Part shown: in pieces, positions 29,872 to 41,419 of the stretch | Layout of the letters: every line of letters starts with the position of its first letter | Position numbering within the stretch: the stretch's first letter is position 1 | DNA from: Rhodospirillaceae bacterium | GTDB taxonomy: Bacteria > Pseudomonadota > Alphaproteobacteria > UBA6615 | Reading direction: 5' to 3' | Assembly (NCBI GenBank): GCA_038140435.1 | Contig: JAYQGE010000005.1 | Coordinates: 2,250-66,249 of the forward strand | Length of the DNA stretch: 64,000 nt | Position numbers and translations under genes: made by a program | The notes under the pieces: generated by a model | Databases searched by the model: none | What the model was told of the DNA's origin: nothing | Seen by the model: the letters and a program-made list of their open reading frames with translations, nothing else

Positions 29872-30147
29872 TCAGTGAAGCTCGAAGGACTTGGCGACGT
29901 TCCGGAACTTCGGCGGCGCGATGATCTCGGTGTGACCGACCCGCACGGAGTGCAGCGGCCCGTCGAGATTCTCGGTCCAGAAGTCCAGGAACTTGTGCAG
30001 CTTGGGGAACTCCGGCGGATAGTCGAGCTTCTGCCACACGAAGCTCTGCAAAATGCCGGGGTGGTCCGGCATGTGATAGATGATCTCGGCGGTGGTCATC
30101 CGCCACCCTTCCAGTTGTAACGCGATATCCTTTCGCATCCTCGACAC
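29872..30147 (-). CDS. Usg-like family protein
   Basis: TTAEIIYHMPDHP, LQSFVWQ, FPKLHKFLDFW, DGPLHSV; start may be the second Met. Confidence 0.85.
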   Translation of the reverse strand: MSRMRKDIALQLEGWRMTTAEIIYHMPDHPGILQSFVWQKLDYPPEFPKLHKFLDFWTENLDGPLHSVRVGHTEIIAPPKFRNVAKSFELH

Positions 30148-30237
30148 CTCGATCCTTGGACAAAACGAATCACTCGAACCCTCGAATTATCCGAAGCGCG
30201 GGTTAACCGAACAAGAAAAACGTTTAATAACATATTG

Positions 30238-30264
30238 TTAGCACCGATCTGCCGAGAGTGCTGC
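30238..30264. promoter_or_regulatory. CIRCE-like element (degenerate, usg side)
   Basis: TTAGCACcg-N9-GAGTGCTgc versus consensus TTAGCACTC-N9-GAGTGCTAA. Confidence 0.7.
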
Positions 30265-30349
30265 CAATCCGCCGGCCGGGTGCGGTGAAAAAAACTTAGA
30301 AAGCGGGGTTGTGCCCGGGTTGACAGGGGACGCCGGGATCACTACCTGT

Positions 30350-30376
30350 TTGGCACTCACGCGGGATGAGTGCTAG
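30350..30376 (+). promoter_or_regulatory. CIRCE element (HrcA operator) of groESL
   Basis: TTgGCACTC-N9-GAGTGCTAg, downstream of TTGACA at 30320-30325. Confidence 0.9.
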
Positions 30377-30427
30377 CAGCTCGGCGAGACCCGCGGATTT
30401 ATTCATATTTTACAGGAGGATAAGGGG

Positions 30428-30742
30428 ATGAGCTTTCGCCCTTTGCATGACCGGGTTGTGGTGCGTCGCGTCAGTTCCGACGAGAAGACGGCGGGCGGCA
30501 TCATTATTCCGGATACGGCCCAGGAAAAACCTTCGGAAGGCGAAGTCGTCTCCGTGGGCCCCGGTGGCCGCACCGAGGACGGCAAGGCCATTGCCATGGA
30601 TGTGAAGGCCGGTGACCGGGTCCTGTTCGGCAAGTGGTCGGGCACGGAAGTCACGATCGACGGCGAGGAACTCCTGATCATGAAGGAGTCCGACATCATG
30701 GGCGTTATCGAGGCCAAGAAGAAGGCCAAGAAGGCCGCTTAA
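30428..30742 (+). CDS. groES: Co-chaperonin GroES
   Basis: [33 protein letters not shown]. Confidence 0.98.
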   Translation: MSFRPLHDRVVVRRVSSDEKTAGGIIIPDTAQEKPSEGEVVSVGPGGRTEDGKAIAMDVKAGDRVLFGKWSGTEVTIDGEELLIMKESDIMGVIEAKKKAKKAA

Positions 30743-32419
<1,677 letters not shown>

Positions 32420-32444
32420 GCCAGTCCCATCCGGACAGAATGAA

Positions 32445-32481
32445 GAGGGCCGCACCGGCGACGGTGCGGCCCTTTTTCTTT
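32445..32481 (+). terminator. Rho-independent terminator after groEL
   Basis: agggccgcaccg-gcga-cggtgcggccct followed by ttttcttt. Confidence 0.9.
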
Positions 32482-32489
32482 GGTTATTG

Positions 32490-32611
32490 CCCTTCGAGAC
32501 GCGCCGCCTTCTGCGAAGCCGTCGCTCCTCAGGGTGAGGTGGGGACTATGTCTTGGAATATGACAGCAACCTCATGCTGAGGAGCAGACCGTAGGTCGGC
32601 GTCTCGAAGCA
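32490..32611. repeat. REP/MITE-like inverted dimer (third family)
   Basis: cttcgagacgc (32492-32502) pairs with gcgtctcgaag (32599-32609); gctcctcagggtgaggt (32524-32540) pairs with acctcatgctgaggagc (32569-32585). Confidence 0.85.
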
Positions 32612-32624
32612 TATTTCGCGCCGG

Positions 32625-33506
32625 TTACTCTTCCTCGACGGCGCGGATGATGCCCGCCTGGTCGAGGTCGGCCCAGCCCCGGTCCATCATCTTCTGCCAG
32701 AGCTCGAGGTTCGTGCGCACGGACAACAGGTCGATCCCGACCTGCTCGGCCAGCTCGAGCGCCTGGAGGATGTCCTTGTGGTGGACCGACGCGCGGCCGT
32801 GGGGCTCGAAGGCGCGTTCGACCATGCGACCCCCGTGCAGGTCGAGCACCCGGGATTCGGCGAAGCCGCCGAGCAGCGCCTCGCGCACCTTTGCGGGATC
32901 GACGCCGGCGCGCGCCGCGAGGGTCAGCCCCTCGGCGACCGCCGCGAGCGTGACGCCCACGATTGCCTGGTTGGCGGTCTTGGTGACCTGGCCCGCGCCC
33001 ACATCGCCGATATGGGTGATGTTCTGGCCCAGCACCTCGAACACGGGCATCACCGTGGCAATGGTGTCGTCGGACGCACCGATCATGATGGTGAGATTGC
33101 CTGCCTCGGCGCCGACGGTCCCGCCGGAAACCGGCGCATCCACATAGGCGGCGCCGCGCGCATTTGCCTCGTCGGCCCAGGCGCGGGTCTCGCGCACCTT
33201 GGTGGTGCCCATGTCGATGAGGGTCTTGCCGGCGGCGAGGCCGGCGAGCACACCGTTGTCACCGTGCAGGACGGCATCGACCGATGGCGTGTCGGTGACC
33301 ATGAGAATGACGATGTCGCTGGCCGCAGTGACCTCGCGCGGACTGGCGGCCCGGTTCGCGCCGAGCGCCTCGAGTTCCTCGGCGGGGCCGGGGCTGCGGC
33401 TCGTCACGGTGAGCGCCGCGCCGGCCTCGAGAAGATTGCGCGCCATGGGCTTGCCCATCAGGCCGAGCCCGATGAAACCGATCTTCATACCTTCGAGAGT
33501 GCCCAT
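32625..33506 (-). CDS. Beta-hydroxyacid dehydrogenase (tartronate semialdehyde reductase / HIBADH family)
   Basis: GFIGLGLMG, DAPVSGG, GAGQVTKTANQ. Confidence 0.9.
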   Translation of the reverse strand: MGTLEGMKIGFIGLGLMGKPMARNLLEAGAALTVTSRSPGPAEELEALGANRAASPREVTAASDIVILMVTDTPSVDAVLHGDNGVLAGLAAGKTLIDMGTTKVRETRAWADEANARGAAYVDAPVSGGTVGAEAGNLTIMIGASDDTIATVMPVFEVLGQNITHIGDVGAGQVTKTANQAIVGVTLAAVAEGLTLAARAGVDPAKVREALLGGFAESRVLDLHGGRMVERAFEPHGRASVHHKDILQALELAEQVGIDLLSVRTNLELWQKMMDRGWADLDQAGIIRAVEEE

Positions 33507-33524
33507 TGCGCGCCCCGTTGTCGT

Positions 33525-33929
33525 CTAGATCGGGGCGTAGCGGGCGCGGGCCGCGCGCTCGATCGCGGCGGCGGTCAGGCGTTCGATGTTGAGCGTGTGA
33601 CGGAGCATTTCCAGAAGCCGCAGCTCCTCCTGGCTCGCCTTCCCGTCGGCCGTGGCGATATCACAGGCGAGAACATAGGCGGTGTCGCGCAGGCGTTCGG
33701 GCAGTGCGTCGCGGATCTGGGCGAGCGCTTCGTCCAGCCCGTCCTCGCGCGACAGCAACTCGGCGCAGTCACGCGCGATGTCGGTGAGCTGCTCGGTGTC
33801 GAAGCCGGAGAAGACCGGAAGCTGGCTGACGATCTCACCGATCCGGCCGATCTCGGAGTCGGTCATGTCGCTGTCGGCGGCGGAGACCATCACCATGGTG
33901 TAAACAAGGGCGGTCTGGGGTTCGATCAT
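33525..33929 (-). CDS. TerB-like family protein
   Basis: ALVYTMVMVSAADSDM...E, TAYVLACDIATADG...EE, AAIERAARAR. Confidence 0.85.
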   Translation of the reverse strand: MIEPQTALVYTMVMVSAADSDMTDSEIGRIGEIVSQLPVFSGFDTEQLTDIARDCAELLSREDGLDEALAQIRDALPERLRDTAYVLACDIATADGKASQEELRLLEMLRHTLNIERLTAAAIERAARARYAPI

Positions 33930-34060
33930 TGTTCGCTTTCTTCCTTGCCTGTGCTTCGGCCGGTTAAAGCGGCCGGGGGGAGCGGCGTCAACCCGCCGGG
34001 GGGATGGGTTCGCCCAAAGTCCCAATCGACAGGACCGCGAGCCCCCAATAGGTTGGGCTT

Positions 34061-34999
34061 ATGTCCGCTGTAATCAATGTCGCCGTTCCCGTTTTTGCGA
34101 TCATGTTCGCCGGCTACCTCGCCGGCCGTTTTCGTATCCTCGGAGAATCCAGTTCCGAGGCGCTCAACGCCTTCGTTTACTGGTTCGCGCTGCCACCGGT
34201 GATGTTCCTGTCGATCGCCACGGTGCCGCTGTCCGCCGTGTTCAACTGGCCCTTCATCTGGACGCTGCTGGCCGGTATGGCGGTCGTGGCGGTTCCGTCC
34301 TTCGTGCTCGCCCGTTTCCTGTTTCCCAACTCGCTCACCGGGCTCACCCTGCACAGCCTGACCGGGATATTCGCGAACACCGGCTACATGGGGATTCCGC
34401 TGTTCATCGCCGCCTTCGGGACGGACGGCGCGCTGCTCGCGGTCATCGCGACGGCGGTGAACAATATCGTTCTGCTCGGGCTCACCATCCTGGTGATCGA
34501 GCTGCGCGGCGGCACGGGGACAACGCCCGTGCGCGTTTTCGTTGACGCCGTGTGGACCGTCGTGCGGGGACCGTTGTTCCTCGCACCCCTGGCGGGAATC
34601 CTGTGGTCGTGGACTGGCCTGGGTCTTCCGGTCGCCGCGAACAATTTTCTCGCCCTCATGGGGGCCGCCGCCGGTCCCTGTGCCCTGTTCGCGATCGGGC
34701 TGTTCATGGTGGGCAAGCCGATCTCCAGCGGTGCCGGCGAGGTCGGCTGGCTGGTCTTCGCGAAGATCATCCTGGCGCCGCTCGTGACCTGGTGGTTCGC
34801 CGTCGAGGTGTTCGCCCTGGAGTTCGAGCTGGTGCGTGGCGCCGTCCTCATGGCCGCGCTGCCGACGGGCGCGCTGGCGTTCGTCGTCGCCATGAAATAC
34901 GGGGTCTTCGTGCAGCGCTGCTCGGCGGCGATCCTGTTCTCGACGATTGTGTCGCTCGCGACGGTGAGCGCGCTGCTCGCCTGGTTCGGGACCGCCTAG
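34061..34999 (+). CDS. AEC family transporter
   Basis: LNAFVYWFALP, NTGYMGIP, PCALFAIG, AALPTG. Confidence 0.9.
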   Translation: MSAVINVAVPVFAIMFAGYLAGRFRILGESSSEALNAFVYWFALPPVMFLSIATVPLSAVFNWPFIWTLLAGMAVVAVPSFVLARFLFPNSLTGLTLHSLTGIFANTGYMGIPLFIAAFGTDGALLAVIATAVNNIVLLGLTILVIELRGGTGTTPVRVFVDAVWTVVRGPLFLAPLAGILWSWTGLGLPVAANNFLALMGAAAGPCALFAIGLFMVGKPISSGAGEVGWLVFAKIILAPLVTWWFAVEVFALEFELVRGAVLMAALPTGALAFVVAMKYGVFVQRCSAAILFSTIVSLATVSALLAWFGTA

Positions 35000-37755
35000 C
35001 CGGCGAGAAACTCCTCGCTCGCCTCGATTGCCTCGACGAGTCCGACTCGCTCCGGCACGACGCCCTCCGGGAAGGCGCCGAAGAGCCGGGTGGGGGTCGC
35101 GGCGTCGAGCACCACGAACACGCCCCGGTCGCCCTTTCGGCGGATCAGCCGGCCATAGGCCTGGGCGAGGCGCAGCCGCGCGATCAGGTCGTCATGGGTC
35201 CGGCCCCCGAACGCTTCGCGCCGCGCCCGATGGAGGATCGTCGGTCGCGGCCAGGGAATCCGGTCGAAGGCGAGCATCCGCAGCGAGCGCCCCGGCACAT
35301 CCACGCCGTCACGCACGGCATCCGTGCCCAGCAGGCAGGCGTCGGTCTCGGCGCGGAAGATGTCGATCAGGGTCGCCACGTTGAGCGAGTCCACGTGCTG
35401 GGCATAGAGCGGCAGCCCGGCCGCGTCGAGCGCATCGGCCATGCGCCGATGGACCTGGCGCAGCCGCGCGATGGAGGTGAACAGCCCGAGCCCGCCGCCG
35501 CCCGCGGCGACGAAGAGTTCGCGCATCGCCGCCGCGACCTGGTCGGCATCGTTGCGGCGCACGTCGGTCACGACGAACACGCGGGTCTGTTCGGCGTAGT
35601 CGAAGGGCGACGCGACGCGGGTGTGCAGGGCCGGTGCGGGGAAATGAATCGCACCCGTGCGCGCGTCGGCGCTTGCCCAGTCGGGTTCCGCGTCCGCGAT
35701 GCGGTCGGTCAGGGTTGCCGACGTGAAGACCATGCCGTGGGCGATGGGCGCCATGGCTTCCGCGAAGGGCAGGGTGGGGTCCACCCAGTGCCGGTAGAGG
35801 CCCGCGTCGATCTCGCGGCCCTCGATCCGCTCGACCTCGATCCAGTCCACGAAGGCGTCCGACGCCGGCGCGTCGATCGCGTCGAGCATGTCGATCCAGG
35901 CGCCGATCAGCATTTCCGCGCGCCGCTGGAGCGCCCGCGCGACCGCCTCGATCCGTACCCGGGTGGCACTGTCGAGTTCGTCCGCTTCCGTATCGAGGCG
36001 GCGGATCAGCCGTGCGCAGAGCTTGCGCAGCGGCGTGGCCAGGTCGACGAGGCATTCGCGCAAGGCCGCCGCCGCGTCCGGCAGTCCGTCGGACGGCGGA
36101 CGCACCTCGGTTTCGAGCGAGTAGGGGCCGTCGCCGCTGTCGGCCCGGGCGAAGACCTGTTCGCGGACCTCCGCCAGGAACGCCTCGGCCGGGCCCTCGG
36201 TCATGGCCCCCGATAGCCGGTTGAGCCAGCCCGGGGCCGGGAGGATTTGCGCGGCATCCAGCGCCGCTGCGAGCGCCTCGGTGGCCTTGCCGTCGTCGGC
36301 GGCGATCAGGTCCTCGGCCCGCTCGCGCAGACCGCGTGCCCGTCCGCCCGGCCGGCGGCGCCCGCCACCCTCATTGCCGAGCAGCCAGCGTCGTAGCTCC
36401 GCCATCTCGCGGCCGCTCAGATGGGCGGCGAAGGCGGAATCGGCGGCGTCGAAAATGTGGTGGCCCTCGTCGAAGACGTAGCGCGAGGGCACGCTCCCGT
36501 CGCCGTCCGTGCCGGCGCCGAGCGCGGCCTGGATCATGACCAGCGCGTGGTTTGCGACGACCAGCCGCGCCTTGCGGGCCTTGCGCACGCTGTGCTCGAC
36601 GAAGCAGCGGCTGTAGTGGCTGCAGGCGGAGTAGATGCATTCGCCGCGCCGGTCGGACAGGCCCAGGGTCGCGCCCACGCCGACAAGATCGACGAGCCAG
36701 GCCGGGAAGTCGCCGCCCAGGTCGCCGTCGCGCGTGGCCTGGACCCAGCGCGCCGTGAGCGCCACGCCGAGGGCATTGCGGCGCTGCAGGGTCGTGAACC
36801 GGCCCGCCGCGTCCTCGAGGTTGAGCAGGCAGAGATAGTTCTCGCGCCCCTTTCGGATCACCACCTGGCGCGCCTTGTCGTCGGGGTCGGGATACAGCCG
36901 GTCGAGCTCCCGGTCGATTTGCTGCTGCAGGTTCCGGGTGTAGGTGCTGACCCAGACCGGCCCGGCATTCTTCTCCGACCAGAGGCTCGCCGGGGCGATG
37001 TAGCCGAGGGTCTTGCCGGTGCCGGTGCCCGCCTCGGCGAGCACGATGTTGGGGGTCTCCGGCGCGGGGCGCGGGGCGAAGGCTTCCGCCGCCGCCGCGG
37101 CATAGTCGCGTTGGCCCGCGCGGCTCTCGGCGTCCGGTCCGAGCAGGGCTGCGAGGCGTTCGCGCGCCTCGTCGGCCGAGACGGGATCGTTGCCCGGCGG
37201 CGGTTCGGGGGCGCTCTCCGACCATTCCGGCACCTCGCGCCAGACGGCGAGTGCGCTCGCGACCCGGGCGTCGCCGTCGTCCGGCCAGCCGACCGTGTCG
37301 AGAGCCGCGAGCACGAACGGCGCCCACAACCAGCCGGCGCGCTGCAGCGCCCGGGCGATGGCCGCGGCATCTTCGTAGCCCTGCCGGTCGTCGGCGAGGT
37401 CGGACAGCAGCCGATCGACGATCTCGATCAGTGCGTCGGACTCGTCCTCGACACCGATCCCCAGCGTGCGCGCCAGGCCGCGGATGGTGGGCAGGGTGAA
37501 TTCGGCGGGTCGGACGAAGGCGAACAGTTCCAGCACATCGTAGCCGTCGATGTGGTCGGCGCCGAGCCGGCGCGCCGTGGACGGTGCGTGACAGAGGATC
37601 GGGGGCTGGGACCGGGCCCGGCGGATCGCCTCATCGGCCCCCAGCGCGTCGCGCGTCCCGGCCGGATCGCGCCAGGTCGCGAAGCTGCGGCCGGCGACCA
37701 GGGCCGGCAGATCGGCCAGGCGCGAGGCGGGTGCGGGAAAAGGCGTGTCGCTCAT
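34996..37755 (-). CDS. dinG: DinG family ATP-dependent helicase (Fe-S)
   Basis: EAGTGTGKT, KGRENYLC...CIYSACSHYSRC, NHAL, DEGHH, TSAT, QAYGRLIR. Confidence 0.9.
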   Translation of the reverse strand: MSDTPFPAPASRLADLPALVAGRSFATWRDPAGTRDALGADEAIRRARSQPPILCHAPSTARRLGADHIDGYDVLELFAFVRPAEFTLPTIRGLARTLGIGVEDESDALIEIVDRLLSDLADDRQGYEDAAAIARALQRAGWLWAPFVLAALDTVGWPDDGDARVASALAVWREVPEWSESAPEPPPGNDPVSADEARERLAALLGPDAESRAGQRDYAAAAAEAFAPRPAPETPNIVLAEAGTGTGKTLGYIAPASLWSEKNAGPVWVSTYTRNLQQQIDRELDRLYPDPDDKARQVVIRKGRENYLCLLNLEDAAGRFTTLQRRNALGVALTARWVQATRDGDLGGDFPAWLVDLVGVGATLGLSDRRGECIYSACSHYSRCFVEHSVRKARKARLVVANHALVMIQAALGAGTDGDGSVPSRYVFDEGHHIFDAADSAFAAHLSGREMAELRRWLLGNEGGGRRRPGGRARGLRERAEDLIAADDGKATEALAAALDAAQILPAPGWLNRLSGAMTEGPAEAFLAEVREQVFARADSGDGPYSLETEVRPPSDGLPDAAAALRECLVDLATPLRKLCARLIRRLDTEADELDSATRVRIEAVARALQRRAEMLIGAWIDMLDAIDAPASDAFVDWIEVERIEGREIDAGLYRHWVDPTLPFAEAMAPIAHGMVFTSATLTDRIADAEPDWASADARTGAIHFPAPALHTRVASPFDYAEQTRVFVVTDVRRNDADQVAAAMRELFVAAGGGGLGLFTSIARLRQVHRRMADALDAAGLPLYAQHVDSLNVATLIDIFRAETDACLLGTDAVRDGVDVPGRSLRMLAFDRIPWPRPTILHRARREAFGGRTHDDLIARLRLAQAYGRLIRRKGDRGVFVVLDAATPTRLFGAFPEGVVPERVGLVEAIEASEEFLAG

Positions 37756-37916
37756 CGCGCGAGATTACCGGGCCGGCTCCGAATCCCTAAAGCTTTGTGC
37801 GAATGCCGCAGGCATTCCGGGCAAATCACCGTCGATCGGGGGTGATCCCGGACGCCCGGCGCGTCATCTATATCGGGCGGGTCCGTGATCCGCATGCGAT
37901 GCGAAGGGAGCCGAGA

Positions 37917-38210
37917 ATGATGGATCTGTCTGGCATGAGCCAGGTCTCGACGCTAGTCGCCGAGCCGCCGCGCGCGCCCGCTGCGAAGCCACCGGCCGAG
38001 GAGCCGCGGCCGTCCGGGAACACGTCGGAAGAGAGTTCGGGCAACCAGAGCACCGAATATCCCGCCGGGAATCCCGAGGACGAGGTGCGGATTTCCAAGG
38101 CTGCCGAGCAGGCGGCCGACCCCTGGGTCGATCGCACCCCGACCGAACCGCTGGTGGATCGCTCCTTCCCCCTGTCCGAGCGTGCGGCACGCCTCAACCT
38201 GACGATCTGA
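37917..38210 (+). CDS. Hypothetical low-complexity protein (97 aa)
   Basis: GGGAG RBS, host-like codon use, fills the dinG-lysS gap; DEVRISKAA motif. Confidence 0.6.
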   Translation: MMDLSGMSQVSTLVAEPPRAPAAKPPAEEPRPSGNTSEESSGNQSTEYPAGNPEDEVRISKAAEQAADPWVDRTPTEPLVDRSFPLSERAARLNLTI

Positions 38211-38298
38211 CGTCCCGGTCGATGCGGTCGGCAGTTGACCTGATTCCGGCCCGCGCCTAGGTTCCGCCGCACGAATTCCGGCGAACCGAAACGGGTCC

Positions 38299-39900
38299 AT
38301 GGCACACGATCACGACATGCTGCTGGCGGCGAAGGCCTGGCCGTTCCAGGAGGCGCGGGCGATCCTCGACCGCCTCGGCGGGCCCGATGCCGCGCAGGCG
38401 CCCGAGAAGGGGTACGTGCTGTTCGAGACGGGCTACGGCCCGTCGGGCCTGCCGCATATCGGCACCTTCGGCGAGGTGGCGCGGACGACCATGGTCCGCC
38501 AGGCCTTCGCGCAGCTCTCGGACATCCCGACCCGGCTGATCGCCTTCTCCGACGACATGGACGGGCTGCGCAAGGTGCCCGACAACGTGCCCGAGCAGGA
38601 GATGCTGAACACCCATCTCGGCAAGCCGCTGACGGCGGTGCCCGACCCGTTCGGCACCCATGACAGCTTCGGCGCCCACAACAATGCACGCCTGCAGGCC
38701 TTCCTCGATACCTTCGGTTTCGAGTACGAGTTCCGGAGTTCGACCGAATGCTACAGGGCGGGCCTCTTCGACGAGACGCTGCTGGCCATGCTCGCCCAGT
38801 ATGACGCGATCATGGGCGTGATCCTGCCGACGCTGGGCCCGGAGCGGCAGGCGACCTACAGCCCGTTCCTGCCGATCTGCCCGCGCACCGGCGTGGTGCT
38901 GCAGGTGCCCATGGACGCGACCGACCCCGACGCCGGCACGGTCACCTACACCGATCCCGAGACGGGAGACACGGTCGAGACGCCGGTCACGGGCGGCCAC
39001 TGTAAGCTCCAGTGGAAGGCCGACTGGGCGATGCGCTGGGTCGCGCTCGCCGTGGATTACGAGATGTCGGGCAAGGACCTGATCGATTCGGTGAACCTGT
39101 CGGGGAAGATCTGCCGCATCCTCGGCGCGAAGCCGCCGGAAGGTCTCACCTACGAGCTCTTCCTCGACGAGCATGGCGAGAAGATCTCGAAGTCCCGCGG
39201 CAATGGTCTCACCATCGAGGAATGGCTCACCTACGGCCCGCCCGAGAGCCTGTCACACTACATGTTCGGCAAGCCGAAGTCGGCCAAGCGGCTGCATTTC
39301 GACGTGATCCCGAAGTCGGTCGACGAGTATCTGACCAACATCGCGCGCTATCCTGGTCTCGATCCGGACAAGCAGCTTGAGAGCTCCGCCTGGCACATCC
39401 ATGGCGGCGACGTGCCGCCCGCCGGCGCCGATCTCTCCTTCGGCCTGCTGCTCAACCTCGCGGCCGCGTGCAACTCTGAGGACCCGGAAGTGCTCTGGGG
39501 CTTCATCGCGCGTTACGCCGAGGGCGCGACGCCGGAGAACAGCCCGTTTCTCGACCGCCTCGTCGGCCACGCGATCGCGTATTACCGCGACTTCGTGAAG
39601 CCGGCGAAGCAGTATCGCGCGCCCGACGACCGGGAGCGCGCCGCGCTCGCCGATCTCGCCGACCGGTTCGCCGCGTTGCCGGCCGATGCCGACGGCGAGG
39701 CGCTGCAGAACGAGGTCTATGCCGTCGGCAAGGACCATGAATTCGATCCGCTGCGCGACTGGTTCCGGGCGCTCTACGAGGTGCTGTTCGGCCAGAGCCA
39801 GGGCCCGCGCTTCGGGTCCTTCGCCGCGCTCTACGGCCGCGACGCCACGGTGGACCTGCTGCGTCGCGCGCTCGCGGGCGAGGATCTGAGCGCCGCCTGA
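38299..39900 (+). CDS. lysS: Class I lysine--tRNA ligase
   Basis: [37 protein letters not shown]. Confidence 0.96.
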   Translation: MAHDHDMLLAAKAWPFQEARAILDRLGGPDAAQAPEKGYVLFETGYGPSGLPHIGTFGEVARTTMVRQAFAQLSDIPTRLIAFSDDMDGLRKVPDNVPEQEMLNTHLGKPLTAVPDPFGTHDSFGAHNNARLQAFLDTFGFEYEFRSSTECYRAGLFDETLLAMLAQYDAIMGVILPTLGPERQATYSPFLPICPRTGVVLQVPMDATDPDAGTVTYTDPETGDTVETPVTGGHCKLQWKADWAMRWVALAVDYEMSGKDLIDSVNLSGKICRILGAKPPEGLTYELFLDEHGEKISKSRGNGLTIEEWLTYGPPESLSHYMFGKPKSAKRLHFDVIPKSVDEYLTNIARYPGLDPDKQLESSAWHIHGGDVPPAGADLSFGLLLNLAAACNSEDPEVLWGFIARYAEGATPENSPFLDRLVGHAIAYYRDFVKPAKQYRAPDDRERAALADLADRFAALPADADGEALQNEVYAVGKDHEFDPLRDWFRALYEVLFGQSQGPRFGSFAALYGRDATVDLLRRALAGEDLSAA

Positions 39901-39901
39901 T

Positions 39902-40747
39902 CTATCGCTTGGAGTTGGCGAAGTCCCAGTAGAGCTCCCGCGCGCGCCGGTAGATCGGCCCGGGCTGGAGCCGCCGGTCCTCATATTGAATGACCGGCTG
40001 GACCTTGCCGTAGTTGCCGGAATTGAAGATCTCGTCGGCTGCGTGAAGCTCGTGGGTCTCGACCGTGCGCTCCTGGACCTCGATCCCGTCGTCGCGCATG
40101 AGCCCGATCAGGCGTTGGCGGGTAATCCCGTTCAGGAAGGAGCCGTTCGGCACCGGCGTGATCGCCACCCCGTCGCGCACGATCCAGATGTTCGCCGTCG
40201 CGAACTCCGCCACGTGGCCGAGTGCGTCGCACATGACCGGGTTGTCGAAGCCGCGCTCGCGGGCATCGATGATCGCGCGCGAGGAGTTCGGGTAGTGGCA
40301 CGACGCCTTGGCGTCGGTCGGCGCGACCTCGGGTCCCGGGCGGCGATAGGGGCTGAGGCAGCAGCTGAACCCGTCGCCCGGGGGCATCGGCGCCTCGAAC
40401 AGGGTGAGCACGAAGCGCGTGCTCGCCGGGTCGGGCGCGAGCAGCCCGCTCCCAGCGTCGGCATAGAGCATCGGCCGGATGTAGAGCGCGGCATCGTCGC
40501 CGAAGCGCGCGATGCCGTCATGGGCAATCTGCTCGATATCGGCCGCCGAGAGCGGCGATTTGAGATGCATCGCGGCGGCGGAATTGACCACCCGCTGGCA
40601 GTGGCGGTCGAGGTCGGGCGTCACCCCCTCGAAGGCGCGCGCGCCGTCGAACGCGATCGAGCCCAGCCAGATGGCATGGGACGTCGCGCCGATCACCGGG
40701 ACGTTGCCCTCGTGCCAGTCGCCGTCGATGTAGGTGAGTGCGGACAA
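39902..40747 (-). CDS. Class IV aminotransferase (branched-chain aminotransferase-like)
   Basis: FDGARAF, YIRP, AKASCHYP, EFATANIW, FLNGITR; AGGAG then TTG at 40747. Confidence 0.88.
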   Translation of the reverse strand: MSALTYIDGDWHEGNVPVIGATSHAIWLGSIAFDGARAFEGVTPDLDRHCQRVVNSAAAMHLKSPLSAADIEQIAHDGIARFGDDAALYIRPMLYADAGSGLLAPDPASTRFVLTLFEAPMPPGDGFSCCLSPYRRPGPEVAPTDAKASCHYPNSSRAIIDARERGFDNPVMCDALGHVAEFATANIWIVRDGVAITPVPNGSFLNGITRQRLIGLMRDDGIEVQERTVETHELHAADEIFNSGNYGKVQPVIQYEDRRLQPGPIYRRARELYWDFANSKR

Positions 40748-40861
40748 GGGGCCGCTCCTGCTGCAAACGTTGCGGCAAGGATAACGCCAACGCGCGGGCG
40801 GGCGCGAGCCTGCTTTGCCCGCGCCCTTTACTGCGGCGGGCCGCAAACGCATATTCCGGCC

Positions 40862-41419
40862 ATGGCGATACTCAAGATAGCCCGGATGGGGCATCCCATT
40901 TTGCGCGAGCGCGCCGCCGAGGTGCCCGACCCGACGGCGCCCGAGGTCGCGCGGCTCGTCGATGCGATGATCGAGACCATGGAGGACGCCGACGGCACCG
41001 GCCTCGCCGCGCCCCAGGTGCACATGCCCAGGCGGATCGTGGTTTACATGGTGGAGGGCGCGCGCGCCGCGGATGAAGACGGCGGCGATGCCGGCGGTGT
41101 CCCGCTAACCGCGATGATCAACCCCGTGGTCACGCCCGTCGGCGAGGCGACCAACCTCGGCTACGAGGCCTGCCTCTCGGTGCCCGGCATGGCCGGCGCC
41201 GTCCGCCGTTTCGACCGGGTGCATGTCACGCACCAGACCCTCGACGGCGAGACGGTGGAGTTCGAGGCCGAGGGCTTCCATGCCCGGGTGATCCAGCACG
41301 AGTGCGATCATCTCGACGGCATCCTCTACCCCAGCCGGATCGAGGACATGTCCCAGTTCGGCTTCGTCGAGGAGCTGAGCAAGGGCCAGGCACCCGCGGA
41401 CGAGGCCGATGACGGCTGA
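40862..41419 (+). CDS. def: Peptide deformylase
   Basis: GTGLAAPQV, EACLS, QHECDHLDG. Confidence 0.95.
   Translation: MAILKIARMGHPILRERAAEVPDPTAPEVARLVDAMIETMEDADGTGLAAPQVHMPRRIVVYMVEGARAADEDGGDAGGVPLTAMINPVVTPVGEATNLGYEACLSVPGMAGAVRRFDRVHVTHQTLDGETVEFEAEGFHARVIQHECDHLDGILYPSRIEDMSQFGFVEELSKGQAPADEADDG

Noticed and set aside
33525-33929. Tellurite resistance or ter defence island
   Set aside because: Solitary TerB-like gene with no other ter genes
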